Assembly: GCA_963806185.1 (NCBI GenBank)
Contig: CAWDXE010000007.1
Coordinates: forward strand, 960,001 to 1,024,000
From: an uncultured candidate division Zixibacteria bacterium
GTDB taxonomy: Bacteria > Zixibacteria > MSB-5A5 > GN15 > FEB-12
Direction of reading: 5' to 3'
DNA length: 64,000 nt
Within the stretch, counting starts at the first letter, position 1. Each line of letters starts with the position of its first letter. Made by a program: the position numbers and the translations under genes. Below, piece by piece: positions 27,072-37,390 of the stretch. The notes under the pieces are model-generated. The model worked only from the letters and a program-made list of their open reading frames with translations, was not told where the DNA came from and searched no databases.

Positions 27072-29243
27072 TTACTTGATTGCAGTTACTTTGCTGATCA
27101 GCCAATTGTCACCGCTTCGCACGAGAACGAACTGAAATTTGACCGGCGAAGAGCGTGAACCTTTGGTTTTCGGTCTGGCCGTACCGGCCAACTGAGCTGT
27201 GGCTTCGGCTCCCGAGATTTCGATGTCTGAGACTTTTCCCGACAATTCCATCCCGCCCGTAGTTGCAAACGAGTTGTTGTACGCGTCCCGGTCTTTGGAT
27301 GAGATCGATGGCCAGACCGCCTTCAGCTGGTCGACGCTGGCATTTTGCAGGGCCTGTTGGAAGCGGGAGATGGTCTGCTTGATGACCTTTTCGTTATCGA
27401 TTGAAGAGATGGCGACGTTGGACGGAGGGGCGGCCGGTGGCTGAAAGACGAAGATAAGGACGCACTCTTTGCCGCCGATCACTTTGACAGTGGAGTCCTG
27501 CTTCTGCTTGCCGTCGAGGCTGGTAACGGCAATCTGGTATGTCCCGGGCTCGACGGTGGCTGAATATGGTGTTTTTCCCTCGGCGGAAGTTGGTCCGGTA
27601 ATCTGGACGTGGGCTCCGCTTGGACCGCTGGTGATCTTCAGCAATCCGCCGGCGACGGCAGGAACCATGAAGGAACGGCTGGTGGTGCGACCCTTCACGA
27701 CAGTAAGCGATTCATTGAGCCACTGGCGCTGGTCGGGGCCATGCTGAATCCGGATTGCATAGGTCCCTACCGGGAGTGACTCCTGCCAGGTGGTACCGTT
27801 ATCGCGGCGGAGCTGATTATTGATGTAGATGTCACTCGGTTGATCAACAGTGAGGCTAAGCAGACCCTGTTCGACTACCGGCGAAGCTGATATTGCCGTA
27901 TCGGGCGATTCGAGGACGATCGAACGAGTCTCGGAATACGGCCCCGGCTGATTGTCGGCATTCATCCCTACGACGCGCCAATAATATGTAGCTCCGGATT
28001 TGAGGTCAGAGATAGTGAGACGCCCCTGGCGAAGGCCAGAATATTTCTTGGAGTCTACAAACGCACTTGATGAACTGATCTCGAGCGAATAGGTGCCCTG
28101 GTCGCCGATATCGCCGCGCCACGCAAACTCCACCGGCGCGGCCGAGCGGAAACGGCTCCCGTCTGAAGGTGAGACAAGCACGGGGGTCGAGGGAGGCGCC
28201 GCGGATTCAGGCGTTGCTTTCTGAACCGTTGTGGCGGTGGTTTCGGTGGGTGGCACAGTCTGCTGAGACGAGCCTGGTCCCTGCGGTGATTGTGCGGCGG
28301 AGGTTGGCTTGTGACCAAGGACCAGTGGATACAGGAGGTATCCGGCGACAGCCACGACAATCACCCCTGCCACGGCGATGCCGATTTTCGAATACCCTCC
28401 GCCGAGATATACGGAATCAACCTCTTTCAGAGCGGCGGCCAGTTCGTCGACCGACGGATATCTCTTCTTCGGATCGGGATGAGTCGCTCGCTTGAGGACG
28501 TTGCGCAAGCCGGGAGCGAGTTTTTTGCCGGCGCTGTCCTTCCATTCATCCACCAACGGGGCGGCAGGATTGCGATACGGGAAGCTGTTGGTGGCGAGGT
28601 TGAAGAGCGTGATGCCGAGTTCGTAGACGTCACTCAGATACGGGTTGTAATCCAGTCGCCCACCCTGCCGTTCGGGCGCGGCAAAATTCACTGACAGCGC
28701 CGCATAGCCAGTGCGTGTGCGCGAGGCGTCGGTTCCCTCTTTGGCGATGCCGAAGTCGATCAGATAGACGTGACCGTTCTTATCAATCAGGATATTGCCG
28801 GGTTTGAGATCGCGGTGGGCCACGCCTTGTTTGTGGGCATAGGCGACGGCATCGGCAACGTGACGCGCGACTTTCAGGAGGAGTTCGGATTCGAGCGGTC
28901 CCTTGTCATGCAGGATTTGGTCGGCGTTCCGGCCGTCGATGTACTGCATCACCAGGGCGTTTTCATCCGGAAAATAGTCCATCACCCGGGAGATGTTGGG
29001 GTGATCGAGGCGACAGAGAATCTGGGCTTCGCGATCGAAGCGTTCGCGGAAGGCCACTTCCTTGAAGAACTTAAGGACGAGCCTCTGCTGGGGGAGGTTG
29101 CTGTTGAAGCCTTCGTAGACCTCACCGAAACCACCGCCGCCGATATACGAGCGGACCTTGTATTTCCCGCCGATAGTCCAGCCGACTACACCAAGCGGAT
29201 CAGGGCCGTGTTGTTCGAGATCGTCGCCGAAAGTGCTAATCAT
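27072..29243 (-). CDS. Hanks-type Ser/Thr protein kinase with TM and periplasmic FN3-like, PEGA-like and NTF2-like domains
   Basis: GGGGFGEVY, HRDLKPGN, DFG, APE and DVYELG motifs; TM IGIAVAGVIVVAVAGYLLY. Confidence 0.93.
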   Translation of the reverse strand: MISTFGDDLEQHGPDPLGVVGWTIGGKYKVRSYIGGGGFGEVYEGFNSNLPQQRLVLKFFKEVAFRERFDREAQILCRLDHPNISRVMDYFPDENALVMQYIDGRNADQILHDKGPLESELLLKVARHVADAVAYAHKQGVAHRDLKPGNILIDKNGHVYLIDFGIAKEGTDASRTRTGYAALSVNFAAPERQGGRLDYNPYLSDVYELGITLFNLATNSFPYRNPAAPLVDEWKDSAGKKLAPGLRNVLKRATHPDPKKRYPSVDELAAALKEVDSVYLGGGYSKIGIAVAGVIVVAVAGYLLYPLVLGHKPTSAAQSPQGPGSSQQTVPPTETTATTVQKATPESAAPPSTPVLVSPSDGSRFRSAAPVEFAWRGDIGDQGTYSLEISSSSAFVDSKKYSGLRQGRLTISDLKSGATYYWRVVGMNADNQPGPYSETRSIVLESPDTAISASPVVEQGLLSLTVDQPSDIYINNQLRRDNGTTWQESLPVGTYAIRIQHGPDQRQWLNESLTVVKGRTTSRSFMVPAVAGGLLKITSGPSGAHVQITGPTSAEGKTPYSATVEPGTYQIAVTSLDGKQKQDSTVKVIGGKECVLIFVFQPPAAPPSNVAISSIDNEKVIKQTISRFQQALQNASVDQLKAVWPSISSKDRDAYNNSFATTGGMELSGKVSDIEISGAEATAQLAGTARPKTKGSRSSPVKFQFVLVRSGDNWLISKVTAIK

Positions 29244-29340
29244 GGTAACCCGGTGAATACATACGGGGCGACCCGACCGGGGCAGCGGGCACCGGCAGTC
29301 GCCGCATTTAATCGATTATATTGATCCAATTTATCGATCC

Positions 29341-29419
29341 AGTATAGAGGCTGCCTTACGGCTTGTCAATGAACAGTTTCCGACAGTCCTTGACAAGTCC
29401 GACCGCAAGAGTCTACCTT
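29341..29419. promoter_or_regulatory. Divergent sigma70 promoters
   Basis: Minus: TTGACA(29369-29364)-N17-TATACT. Plus: TTGACA(29390-29395)-N18-TACCTT(29414-29419). Confidence 0.7.
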
Positions 29420-29424
29420 GTCTC

Positions 29425-29877
29425 ATGCCCTGCTCCGATATAACCGAAGTTCTGCAGATAGAGATCGACGCTGAGGATCGGCTGGTGACCTATTCGCTCC
29501 TGAAACAGACGTGCGGGGGGTCGCTGGGAAAAGAGTCCCTGCTGTTGAAGTGGGCCGGAAACCGATCGGTAGCGGAGATTCTCGAGACCGACTTTGATCG
29601 GTTCCGGGCGCTGTTTCCGACTGATGATCCGGTGGTGGAGTTTGTGCGCCTGAAGCACTTCGTCGCCCTGCAGAAAGGGCTCGCGGCGTTACTCGGCACC
29701 CAGTCGGCTCAGCCGACCGACGCTTGCGCGGTCGACACGATCACCTATCTCCCTGACGGCGGGGTGCGCATGCTGGCGGAACTCAAAGTTGATGTATTGA
29801 CTGACGAAATAAAAGCCTGTGGCGGCTGCGGAAGCTGCGCCACAGGCTCAATCCCTACCAAACGACAGTGCCGGTAA
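29425..29877 (+). CDS. Hypothetical protein with C-terminal CGGCGSC motif
   Basis: 150-aa ORF filling the gap, with TCGG and KACGGCGSC cysteine clusters. Confidence 0.7.
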   Translation: MPCSDITEVLQIEIDAEDRLVTYSLLKQTCGGSLGKESLLLKWAGNRSVAEILETDFDRFRALFPTDDPVVEFVRLKHFVALQKGLAALLGTQSAQPTDACAVDTITYLPDGGVRMLAELKVDVLTDEIKACGGCGSCATGSIPTKRQCR

Positions 29878-29913
29878 TTCAGGCGGCTTCTGTCGTATCT
29901 TCCTTCTCCCTCA

Positions 29914-32374
29914 TCATTGCGGACAGGCCGGCGGCGGCGCGAAGGTCACGAAGAGGGTCGAGATCATTTGCGTCAGGTCGCCAATATCAATACCGGGCGT
30001 GCCGCTGAACTCCGCCTCATTGGCACAACAGAGCGGCGTGAAGGTGATGAACAGGTTGTTGATCAGCGCCGTCAAATCGCCGATGTCAACTGTCCCCTGT
30101 GCGTCGCAATCCACGTTGCCAACGGTCCCGACGCAGCAGCAGGCGTCGCCGATGCCATCTTGATTGGCGTCTTCCTGCAAAGGATTGAAGAAGATCGGGC
30201 AATTGTCCAGGAGGCCGCAGATGCCGTCGTTGTCAGCGTCATTGGTCGGATCCTGCGGGCAGGCGTCGCAGACGTCACCGATGCCGTCACTGTCGGCATC
30301 CGCCTGACCCGGATTGAACACCGCGGGACAGTTGTCAGTGGGACAGGTGTTTTCCGGATGGCCGGGATCGCCGAAACCGTCAATGTCGGTGTCGACGCAG
30401 GCAAATTGGCCGGCGACAACGGTCATGTCCGGCTGTGAGAAGCGGCTCCACTGCCCCTGCGCATCCTGACCACGGACGCGATAGTAGAACGTCCCGTTGA
30501 TATGATTCGTGAAGCTATAGGTAGTGTCGGTGAGCGTGGAAGAGACCACCGTCTTGAGACCGAACTTCTGGACCGGTGAGATGTCGTCGAAATAAACCCC
30601 CTCTTCGTAGAGAGCCTGGTCAGTGTACATCGACAGTCGGACGTACACGTCCTGTCCGACATAGGCGCCGAGGGAGAACTTGGCCAGCACACCCGATGAA
30701 CTTCCGGTGAAACCGAAGCCGCGATTGTTGCCGTTCGGATTGGACAGGCTGGAGATATTTCCCCTTATGGGCGTGAACGTCACACCGTCAGTTGAAATCT
30801 CGACATACGCGTAGTCCCAGTCGGACTCGAGGCCATATGCTGTCCAGAGTCTGAGTGAGTCGCCCGAAACGACGTGATATGGAAAATCGGAATCAATAAA
30901 GCGGGTCAGATTGTTGCCGGTGCCGGTAAAGAAGCTGTTGGGGAGGGATTGACGACGAACGGTTGACAGCGTCATGCCGGTTGAGGTCCAGTTGTTGAAG
31001 TTGTTGGCAGAGTCTGCACCCAACGAGCGGCTGCCGTATTCCGTCAATTCATACGCGATGGCCGGGTTGAGCGTGTCGTGCAACGACCAGGCCACCGGGA
31101 AGCTCGCACCATCGACGGAATCAGCGACGGCTACGGTCGGTTGTGCGGGTGCGCGCAGCTCATACGGGTTGCCGGCGACTCTGGTCAGAAATAAGGCAGG
31201 GCTGAAGATTTTCGGAAACGAGTTGCGCTTTGCGCGAGAGTGCGGGCCAGAAACCATCGCCGTCACTTCCAACCTCAATCGTCATGGCAAAGACCTTGTT
31301 CTTGGTTGTCTGTTCGCCGTACTCCCAGTCATCGCTGTCGCCATTGGTGACGTACAGTCCCCAGCCGGGAATAGGCGTATAGCCGTTAAACGCGGCGCAG
31401 GAATCGGCCATTTGCGAGAAGATGTCATTGTCGGGCGTCAGAAGCTGATCGTACCCCCAGGGATACAGGACAAGGTTGGAGTAGGAGTGGAAATTCATCG
31501 CGACACTAAAATTGTGTGCGGTCATGAAATCGCGAACGTGTTGTGTCTCCGGTTCGGAGAAAGCCGCCGTTCCCCGATATGTTTCGTTCGCGGGTGTCGG
31601 TGAGGAGCCGGCGTTGTCCCAGCCCCAGTGGTATCCGAAATTGCGATTGAGATCGACGCCATAGCTGAGATCAGCGTTTTCGCGGCGATTCTTTCGCCAC
31701 ATGCCAAGGCCGGTTGGCGCAATGACTTGGTTATAGTAGTAGCCGTCGGGATTGACATTGAGGAGAAACCAGATTTCGCGGCTATTGACCAGATTGGTGA
31801 TATCAGCGTCCACACCGTAGTTGGTCAACAGGTGATCCATGAAGTAAAAGAGCACTTCGGGGGTGATCACTTCCCGGGCATGAATGGCAGCCGTAAAGAA
31901 TATCTCCGGTTCGTCCTCATCGACATTCGGATTGTCGGACAATTTGACCACCCACATCGGCCGCCCCTCGATCGTGTTGCCAATCGATTGCTTGGCGGAG
32001 AGAAGCGTTGGATTAGCCGCAATCAGCGAGTCGAGTCGGGCATTGATTTCGGCCAGTGTTTTCCATCCCCCCATGTCGAGTGTCCCAGGGGTGCGGGCCA
32101 GCCTGGGGCGATAGTGGGCCTCAACGCTGGGATAAACGATTTCGGTCCGATACCCGGCGGCTGTAAGGCCGGCCAGTTCGGAACTGTCAGCGAATAATTC
32201 GAAATAGGTGTCGGCCGATTTGATGACGTCGAGCGGCATCTGGCGCAATTCGAAAAATTGCGTCTTGGTGTCAAAGAAGACCTTTGCCTGGATGTCTCTC
32301 TGATTCGCGGCGATCGCCGGTACGGCACAAACAAGCAGAAGGAGAGCGCAAGCGCAGAAACGGACCTGATGCAT
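29914..32374 (-). CDS. Secreted M14 zinc carboxypeptidase (carboxypeptidase T-like) with jelly-roll, thrombospondin type-3 repeats and dockerin-like domain; apparent +1 frameshift near 31200
   Basis: HAREVI, NPDG, RKNRR, GVDLNRNF and FHSY motifs. Second frame: WDYAYVEIS, DNCP..FNP.Q.D.D.DGIGD.CD repeats and GNVDCD...DIGDLT twice. Removing one C at ~31200 fuses the two frames. Confidence 0.88.
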
Positions 32375-32473
32375 AATTCCTCACCGTGACTGTAGGACCC
32401 AAAGTGTGTATAGAATCGAATATACACGGCGATGCCGTTTTTGCCGCAAACATTCTTGCCCCGATTAACGAAC

Positions 32474-32495
32474 AAGGCCCTCGACGGAGGGCCTT
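32474..32495 (-). terminator. Hairpin terminator downstream of the KGG gene
   Basis: CAAGGCCCTC-GACG-GAGGGCCTTG inverted repeat. Confidence 0.5.
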
Positions 32496-32528
32496 GACGT
32501 TAAGAGGTCACGATGGAAAAAGTGGGAA

Positions 32529-32792
32529 TCACGCCGGGCTGGTGCCCGCAGAATCTGCGTCACGGACGATCTGATCGTTGACGGAATTTCCAGTGATGAT
32601 CCCTGCGCTCTTTCGTCCAGCCTTACTGGCGCGTTCCGGATCGCGGGCGAAATTGCCGCCAGACGCTTCACCGCCTTTTCGGCCAATTTCAGCCATATGT
32701 CGACGGTCACGACTGACAGTCTCGCCGCCCTTTTTCCCGGCACGAGCGTGGCCAACCGAATCGCCGTGCCAACCTCTGCCTTGACCTGCCAT
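32529..32792 (-). CDS. KGG-repeat general stress protein (YciG/GsiB/Con-10-like)
   Basis: AGKKGG, MAEIGRKGGEASGGNFARDPERASKAGRK; AAAGGAG RBS. Confidence 0.85.
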   Translation of the reverse strand: MAGQGRGWHGDSVGHARAGKKGGETVSRDRRHMAEIGRKGGEASGGNFARDPERASKAGRKSAGIITGNSVNDQIVRDADSAGTSPA

Positions 32793-33017
32793 ATGATGAG
32801 TCTCCTTTCTGTCAAAAACGTTCCCCCTCACGATCCCACCCGATGTGAGCATATGTGCGCGTCGCAAACATCGCAGAAAGACGAGCGGAGAGGTATTTGT
32901 TCAACACTTTCACCACGAGAGAGCCAGAAAGTTCCTGACGAGCCTACGGAACTGGGAGCAGAGCGCCGGGAAAATACGGAGAGAGGACTGTAACTGAAAG
33001 GGGGGCTTTAGAATAAA

Positions 33018-33090
33018 AGCCGCAGAGCGGATTCGAACCGCTGACCTGCTGATTACGAATCAGCTGCTCTACCAGCTGAGCTACTGCGGC
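33018..33090 (-). tRNA. tRNA-Thr (anticodon CGT), CCA not encoded
   Basis: GCCGCAG acceptor stem, TAGCTCAGCTGGTAGAGC D-arm, CTGAT-TCGTAAT-CAG anticodon arm, GGTTCGAATCC T-arm. Confidence 0.96.
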
Positions 33091-33236
33091 TTAACACCTA
33101 TACGATTGGCAATGACCGCCTTAGGAGCGGCTTACTGACCGGAAACACTCAAATTGCGCATGTTCACCGTCAGTGCGCCCAAATGTAGGGAAATCGAAAG
33201 TATTGTCAACTTGATTGTTGGCGATTGCAGAATCAG

Positions 33237-33851
33237 TCAGGACAATCGACGCAAGAGGCCGACGACCTTTCCGGCAATGCGGAATTCGCCGGACCGTTTG
33301 TTGACAACAATAGGACGGAAATCGTCGTTTTCCGGCTGGAGGCGAACCTGAGTGCCCTCGGGGAAATATCGTTTGACGGTTGCTTCGCCGTTGACGATGG
33401 CGACGACTATATCGCCGCGCTGAGCAACCTCCTGTTTGCTTACCACGACCAGATCGCCATCAAGAATGCCGGCGTTTCGCATCGAGTCGCCTTTGACGCG
33501 CAATGAGAAGGTCTGTCCGCGCGGGAGAAAACTCAGATCGAGGGCAATATCTCCCTCGATGTTTTCCGGTGAGTCGATCGGCGTACCGGCGGGGACCGAG
33601 CCAACCAGGGGCACTCGTTTAATCCCTTCAGAAAGCGACCGGGTCAGTTCAAGACCGCGCGAAATGAACTCGGCCTTCTTGAGATACCCCTTTCGAATCA
33701 GGGCGTCGATATGAGTGCGTACACCGTTGGTGGAGGTGATGCCAAAAAAGGCTCCGATCTCGCGAATGGTAGGCGGCTGGCTACGGCCAACAATCTGCTT
33801 TTCTATGTATTCCAGAATGGAGCGTTGCTTCTTGGTCAACTCCGGTTTCAC
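33237..33851 (-). CDS. lexA: SOS repressor LexA
   Basis: LTKKQ..IL, PPTIREI, VPAG cleavage site, GDSM and ATVKR catalytic motifs. Confidence 0.97.
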   Translation of the reverse strand: MKPELTKKQRSILEYIEKQIVGRSQPPTIREIGAFFGITSTNGVRTHIDALIRKGYLKKAEFISRGLELTRSLSEGIKRVPLVGSVPAGTPIDSPENIEGDIALDLSFLPRGQTFSLRVKGDSMRNAGILDGDLVVVSKQEVAQRGDIVVAIVNGEATVKRYFPEGTQVRLQPENDDFRPIVVNKRSGEFRIAGKVVGLLRRLS

Positions 33852-33887
33852 GCCTACTCCCTTGGCTAATTCAGGATCTCTGGGTCC

Positions 33888-33916
33888 AGACTACTGCCCA
33901 GATGAGCAGATGTCAA
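33888..33916 (-). promoter_or_regulatory. lexA promoter with candidate SOS box in the spacer
   Basis: TTGACA-N17-TAGTCT; CTGCCCAGATGAGCAG at 33894-33909. Confidence 0.7.
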
Positions 33917-33962
33917 ACATAAATGTACCGAGGGAACCGTAGGATATGCTAAATGTGATACA

Positions 33963-33992
33963 GAAAAGCGGGCCCGCTTGTGGCAGGCCCGC
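33963..33992 (-). terminator. Intrinsic terminator after the EF-G-like gene
   Basis: GCGGGCC...GGCCCGC stem followed by TTTTC on the minus strand. Confidence 0.65.
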
Positions 33993-34017
33993 GAGGGAGA
34001 ATCATCGGCAGGGCAAA

Positions 34018-36102
34018 TCAGGAAGCGAGAGCTTCCTGCATGGCCTTGGCCTCGGCAATAACCTTCTGGGCGGTTTCGGACGGTACGTCTTCGTAATGCG
34101 AGAAGGACATGGAGTAGACCCCCTGCCCCTGGGTCATAGAACGAAGGTCGACCGAGTATTTGTACAATTCCGCCTGCGGCACTTGTGCCCGAATGCGCTG
34201 CGAACCGCTGTCTTCTTCCATGCCGGAGATCTTTCCCCGGCGTGAGGAGAGGTCACCCATGACATCGCCCGTGTAATCGGCGGGGACGACAATTTCTATA
34301 TTGAAGATCGGTTCGAGCAGGACTGGACGGCACTCAAGGAATCCCTCTTTGAAAGCCATAAGGCCGGCAATCTTGAAGGCCATATCGGAGGAGTCGACGT
34401 CGTGATATGATCCGAAATAGAGAGCTACTCTGACGTCGACCACAGGCGCACCCGCCAGCCCGCCGGCCTGCATTTGTTCGACCACGCCCTTTTCGACCGC
34501 CGGGATATACTTGATCGGTATGACGCCGCCCGTGATTTCGTTAACGAATTCGAAGCCGCCACCGCGAACGTTTGGCTCAATGCGGATGTACACGTCGCCG
34601 TATTGCCCGCGACCGCCCGATTGTTTCTTGTGCTTGTACTGCTTCTCCGTCTTGCCGCGAACCGTTTCGCGATATGGGATGCGGGGTTTGATCGCCTCAA
34701 CTTCGACACCGAAACGATGCTTGAGCTTATCCAAAAGGACTTCGATGTGAGTCGAGCCTTGACCCCAGAGCACGAGTTGTTTAAGAGCAGCATCCTGCAC
34801 CAGCTTGAAGGATTTGTCTTCTTCTTCCAGCTTGTGCAGACCCGTGGCGATTTTGTCCTCTTCCCCTTTCGTCTTTGGCTTCAGAGCTACGTCCATCACC
34901 GGATTGGGGAGTACTGTCGGCGGGAGAGCGACGGAAAGATCTTTCTCAGTGAAGGTGTTGCCGGTGTGAGCGTCTTTCATTTTCACCAGGATTCCGAGAT
35001 CGCCGGCTTCGGCCCCATTGAGTTCGATGCGGTTCTTGCCCTGCATCGTATATATCTGGGCAATCCTGGTACTCTGACCAGTACTCTGATTAACGAGTTC
35101 AATGCCGCCTTTGATGGTACCGGAGATAGCGCGGAAGACAGACATTTCTCCCAAATGGCCTTCGACGACGGTCTTGAAGATATACGCGACGGCTTTGCCG
35201 TTGGGATCGTAGGCGATCTCGACCGGCTGATCAGTGCCGGTTCTGAAGGCCTTTTCCTTTCGCATCATGTTGGCGGGAACCAGGAATTCGGCAAGGAAGT
35301 CGAGCAGGATGCGCGTACCCATATTGCGACTAGCCGACCCGAAGAACACCGGGAAGAGCGTTCCCTTCGCGATTCCTTTGCCCAGGCCCTTGCGCATGTC
35401 GTCGTCAGAGAGGGTGCCGTCGGCGAAGAATTTTTCCAGCAGAGCGTCATCACTTTCGGCGGCAACTTCGAGCAGCGATTCACGCTCGCTGGCGGCCAGC
35501 GATTTGAGATCGGCGGGGATTTCGATTTCCTTTTGTGAGTCACCTTCGAAGGTGTACGCTTTCATATGGAGGAGGTCGATGAGTCCCTTAAACGATTCGG
35601 CCTCACCAATCGGCAGCACCACAGCGACGGCCGACTTACCGAAGGCGCTGCGGATGGAGTCCAGGTTCTGGCGCCACTTGACGTTTTCTTTTTCGAGCTT
35701 ATTGACGAATATGAAACGGGCCCAGCCCTCTTTGGGGAAAGCGCGCCACTGAAGGCGAGTGCCGATTTCGACCCCTGAGGTTGCGTCGATCACGACGCCA
35801 ATAGCATCGACGACGCGGGCCGCCGAAAGCAATTCACCCACGAAATCGGGGTGGCCAGGACAGTCGATCAGGTTGATTTTGAGGTCTTTCCACTGGGTCG
35901 CAAGCAACTTGGAAGAGATGGTGGTCTTCCGGGCAAGTTCGGCGTCGTAGTAGTCGAACATCGAGGATCCGTCGTCAACCCGGCCAATACGGTTATTGAC
36001 GCCGGTCGTGAATGCAATTGCATCGGCTAGACTCGTCTTTCCGCAACCCCTTTGGCCGGCCAGACACAGGGTGCGAATCTTATCGGTTGTATACTCTTTC
36101 AC
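34018..36102 (-). CDS. fusA: Elongation factor G-like protein (EF-G2-type paralog)
   Basis: GQRGCGKT, DCPGHPDF, PYRET, KKQSGGRGQYG and GSYHDVDSS motifs; lacks the canonical RGITI switch and is not in the rpsL-rpsG operon. Confidence 0.92.
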   Translation of the reverse strand: MKEYTTDKIRTLCLAGQRGCGKTSLADAIAFTTGVNNRIGRVDDGSSMFDYYDAELARKTTISSKLLATQWKDLKINLIDCPGHPDFVGELLSAARVVDAIGVVIDATSGVEIGTRLQWRAFPKEGWARFIFVNKLEKENVKWRQNLDSIRSAFGKSAVAVVLPIGEAESFKGLIDLLHMKAYTFEGDSQKEIEIPADLKSLAASERESLLEVAAESDDALLEKFFADGTLSDDDMRKGLGKGIAKGTLFPVFFGSASRNMGTRILLDFLAEFLVPANMMRKEKAFRTGTDQPVEIAYDPNGKAVAYIFKTVVEGHLGEMSVFRAISGTIKGGIELVNQSTGQSTRIAQIYTMQGKNRIELNGAEAGDLGILVKMKDAHTGNTFTEKDLSVALPPTVLPNPVMDVALKPKTKGEEDKIATGLHKLEEEDKSFKLVQDAALKQLVLWGQGSTHIEVLLDKLKHRFGVEVEAIKPRIPYRETVRGKTEKQYKHKKQSGGRGQYGDVYIRIEPNVRGGGFEFVNEITGGVIPIKYIPAVEKGVVEQMQAGGLAGAPVVDVRVALYFGSYHDVDSSDMAFKIAGLMAFKEGFLECRPVLLEPIFNIEIVVPADYTGDVMGDLSSRRGKISGMEEDSGSQRIRAQVPQAELYKYSVDLRSMTQGQGVYSMSFSHYEDVPSETAQKVIAEAKAMQEALAS

Positions 36103-36241
36103 CGTTCTCCTCCAACCTTGCGCTCGAGCGCCTCAAAAAAACGTCAGAATTCGTTCGTGCGGGGCCATTTCATAAAGACAACTATTATATAGCACTCGGC
36201 GCTGCTTGTCAAGAAGACCGGTAAGTCCGCGTTAGACAAAG

Positions 36242-36271
36242 AAAAGGCCCGGCGCCCAAGCGCCGGACCTT
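36242..36271 (-). terminator. Intrinsic terminator after the yceI-family gene
   Basis: AAGGCCCGGCGC-CCAA-GCGCCGGACCTT stem; T-tract on the minus strand. Confidence 0.65.
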
Positions 36272-36293
36272 CGAATCATCTGAGTAACACTTT

Positions 36294-36884
36294 TTAAGCC
36301 TTAGGTTTGATAGCCTCGATTTCAAGGGAAATCTCAACATCGTTGCCGGCCACCAAGCCGCCATTATCCAGCGCCTTACTCCAGCTCACACCGTAATCCT
36401 GGCGGTTGATCTTGGTCCTGGCCGAGAAGCCAGCGTGGGTATTCCCCTTGGCGTCGACGACCGTTCCCCCAAACTCGCATTCGAAGGTCACTTCTTTGGT
36501 GACTCCTTTGAGCGTCAGATCGCCGACCAGGGTGAACGCATTTCCGTCGCCGGGGACAACTTTCCTGGAGACAAATTCGATGGTGGGGAATTTGGCCACA
36601 TCGAAGAACTGTTCGCCCTTCAGGTCCTGGTCACGGTACGTGTTGCTGGTATTCACCGAACCGGCCTGGATGGTGAATTTCACCGAGCCTGCTTTCAGGT
36701 CTTTGCCATCCCAGGTAAGGGTTCCGGCGAATTCGTCAAATTTGCCGTTGACCTTGGCCACAACCATGTGGCGGATGCTGAAGTCGACTGAAGAATGTGC
36801 GCCGTCGACTGTCCATTCGTCAGCCTTGGCGGCAGAAACAGTCAATATCAGCGCGAGAGTCAGTAATGAAAGGCGTTTGAGCAT
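36294..36884 (-). CDS. YceI-family periplasmic polyisoprenoid-binding protein
   Basis: WTVDGAHSSVDFSIRH, RDQDLK..FFDV.KFP, GDLTLKGVTK and INRQDYGV motifs. Confidence 0.93.
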   Translation of the reverse strand: MLKRLSLLTLALILTVSAAKADEWTVDGAHSSVDFSIRHMVVAKVNGKFDEFAGTLTWDGKDLKAGSVKFTIQAGSVNTSNTYRDQDLKGEQFFDVAKFPTIEFVSRKVVPGDGNAFTLVGDLTLKGVTKEVTFECEFGGTVVDAKGNTHAGFSARTKINRQDYGVSWSKALDNGGLVAGNDVEISLEIEAIKPKA

Positions 36885-37009
36885 AACAACTCCTCCGATA
36901 ATCGCAGACAATTGCACAGTGATTTAGTGAGTCAAACCAGTGCCCATTGTAACCGGCGGGCAGTTCCCTGGTTCCAAGAATGGGCCATTTTGCCGGCCGT
37001 TCACAGGGG

Positions 37010-37390
37010 TCAGCGGCGGAACAAGACGAGCAGTGCGCCTGTCACGTAGGCCAGCACCCACCAGATATAGGCAAAACGGGAGTACAGATGGAGTGCCCGC
37101 GAGACTTGTTCGGCGCCGCGCCGGCGGCGATGCCACCAGATCAGCGCTGTGTCCAACGTCATAGCTGTAAGAGAAGAATAGCCGAGGATTCCGTGCAGCG
37201 TAAAGGGAGAACTCGTGGAGCCAATGATCATGCAGGTGGTGGCAATGAAATCGAGTGTGACGCCGAGGGAGAGAAATTGAAGCACACGGTTGGAGACAAG
37301 GTGGGATCGTTGTTCCAGGGCGATGCCGATCGTATAACTTGCCAGGGCGAGATTCACGATGACGGTTCCGGTGACCAGAATTGGAGTCAT
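37010..37390 (-). CDS. Four-TM membrane protein (TIGR03987/HsmA-like)
   Basis: ALASYTIGI, GVTLDFIAT..M, LHGILG and WWVLAYVTG motifs. Confidence 0.7.
   Translation of the reverse strand: MTPILVTGTVIVNLALASYTIGIALEQRSHLVSNRVLQFLSLGVTLDFIATTCMIIGSTSSPFTLHGILGYSSLTAMTLDTALIWWHRRRRGAEQVSRALHLYSRFAYIWWVLAYVTGALLVLFRR

Noticed and set aside
33018..33090. tRNA-Thr as integration site of a T6SS island
   Set aside because: No integrase next to it and no duplicated tRNA 3' end seen in the window; the flanking genes look native.
3794..35538. Long plus-strand ORFs such as 3794-4921, 9093-10391, 25721-26881 and 34474-35538
   Set aside because: Antisense shadows of well-supported minus-strand genes in GC-rich DNA; no motifs or RBS.
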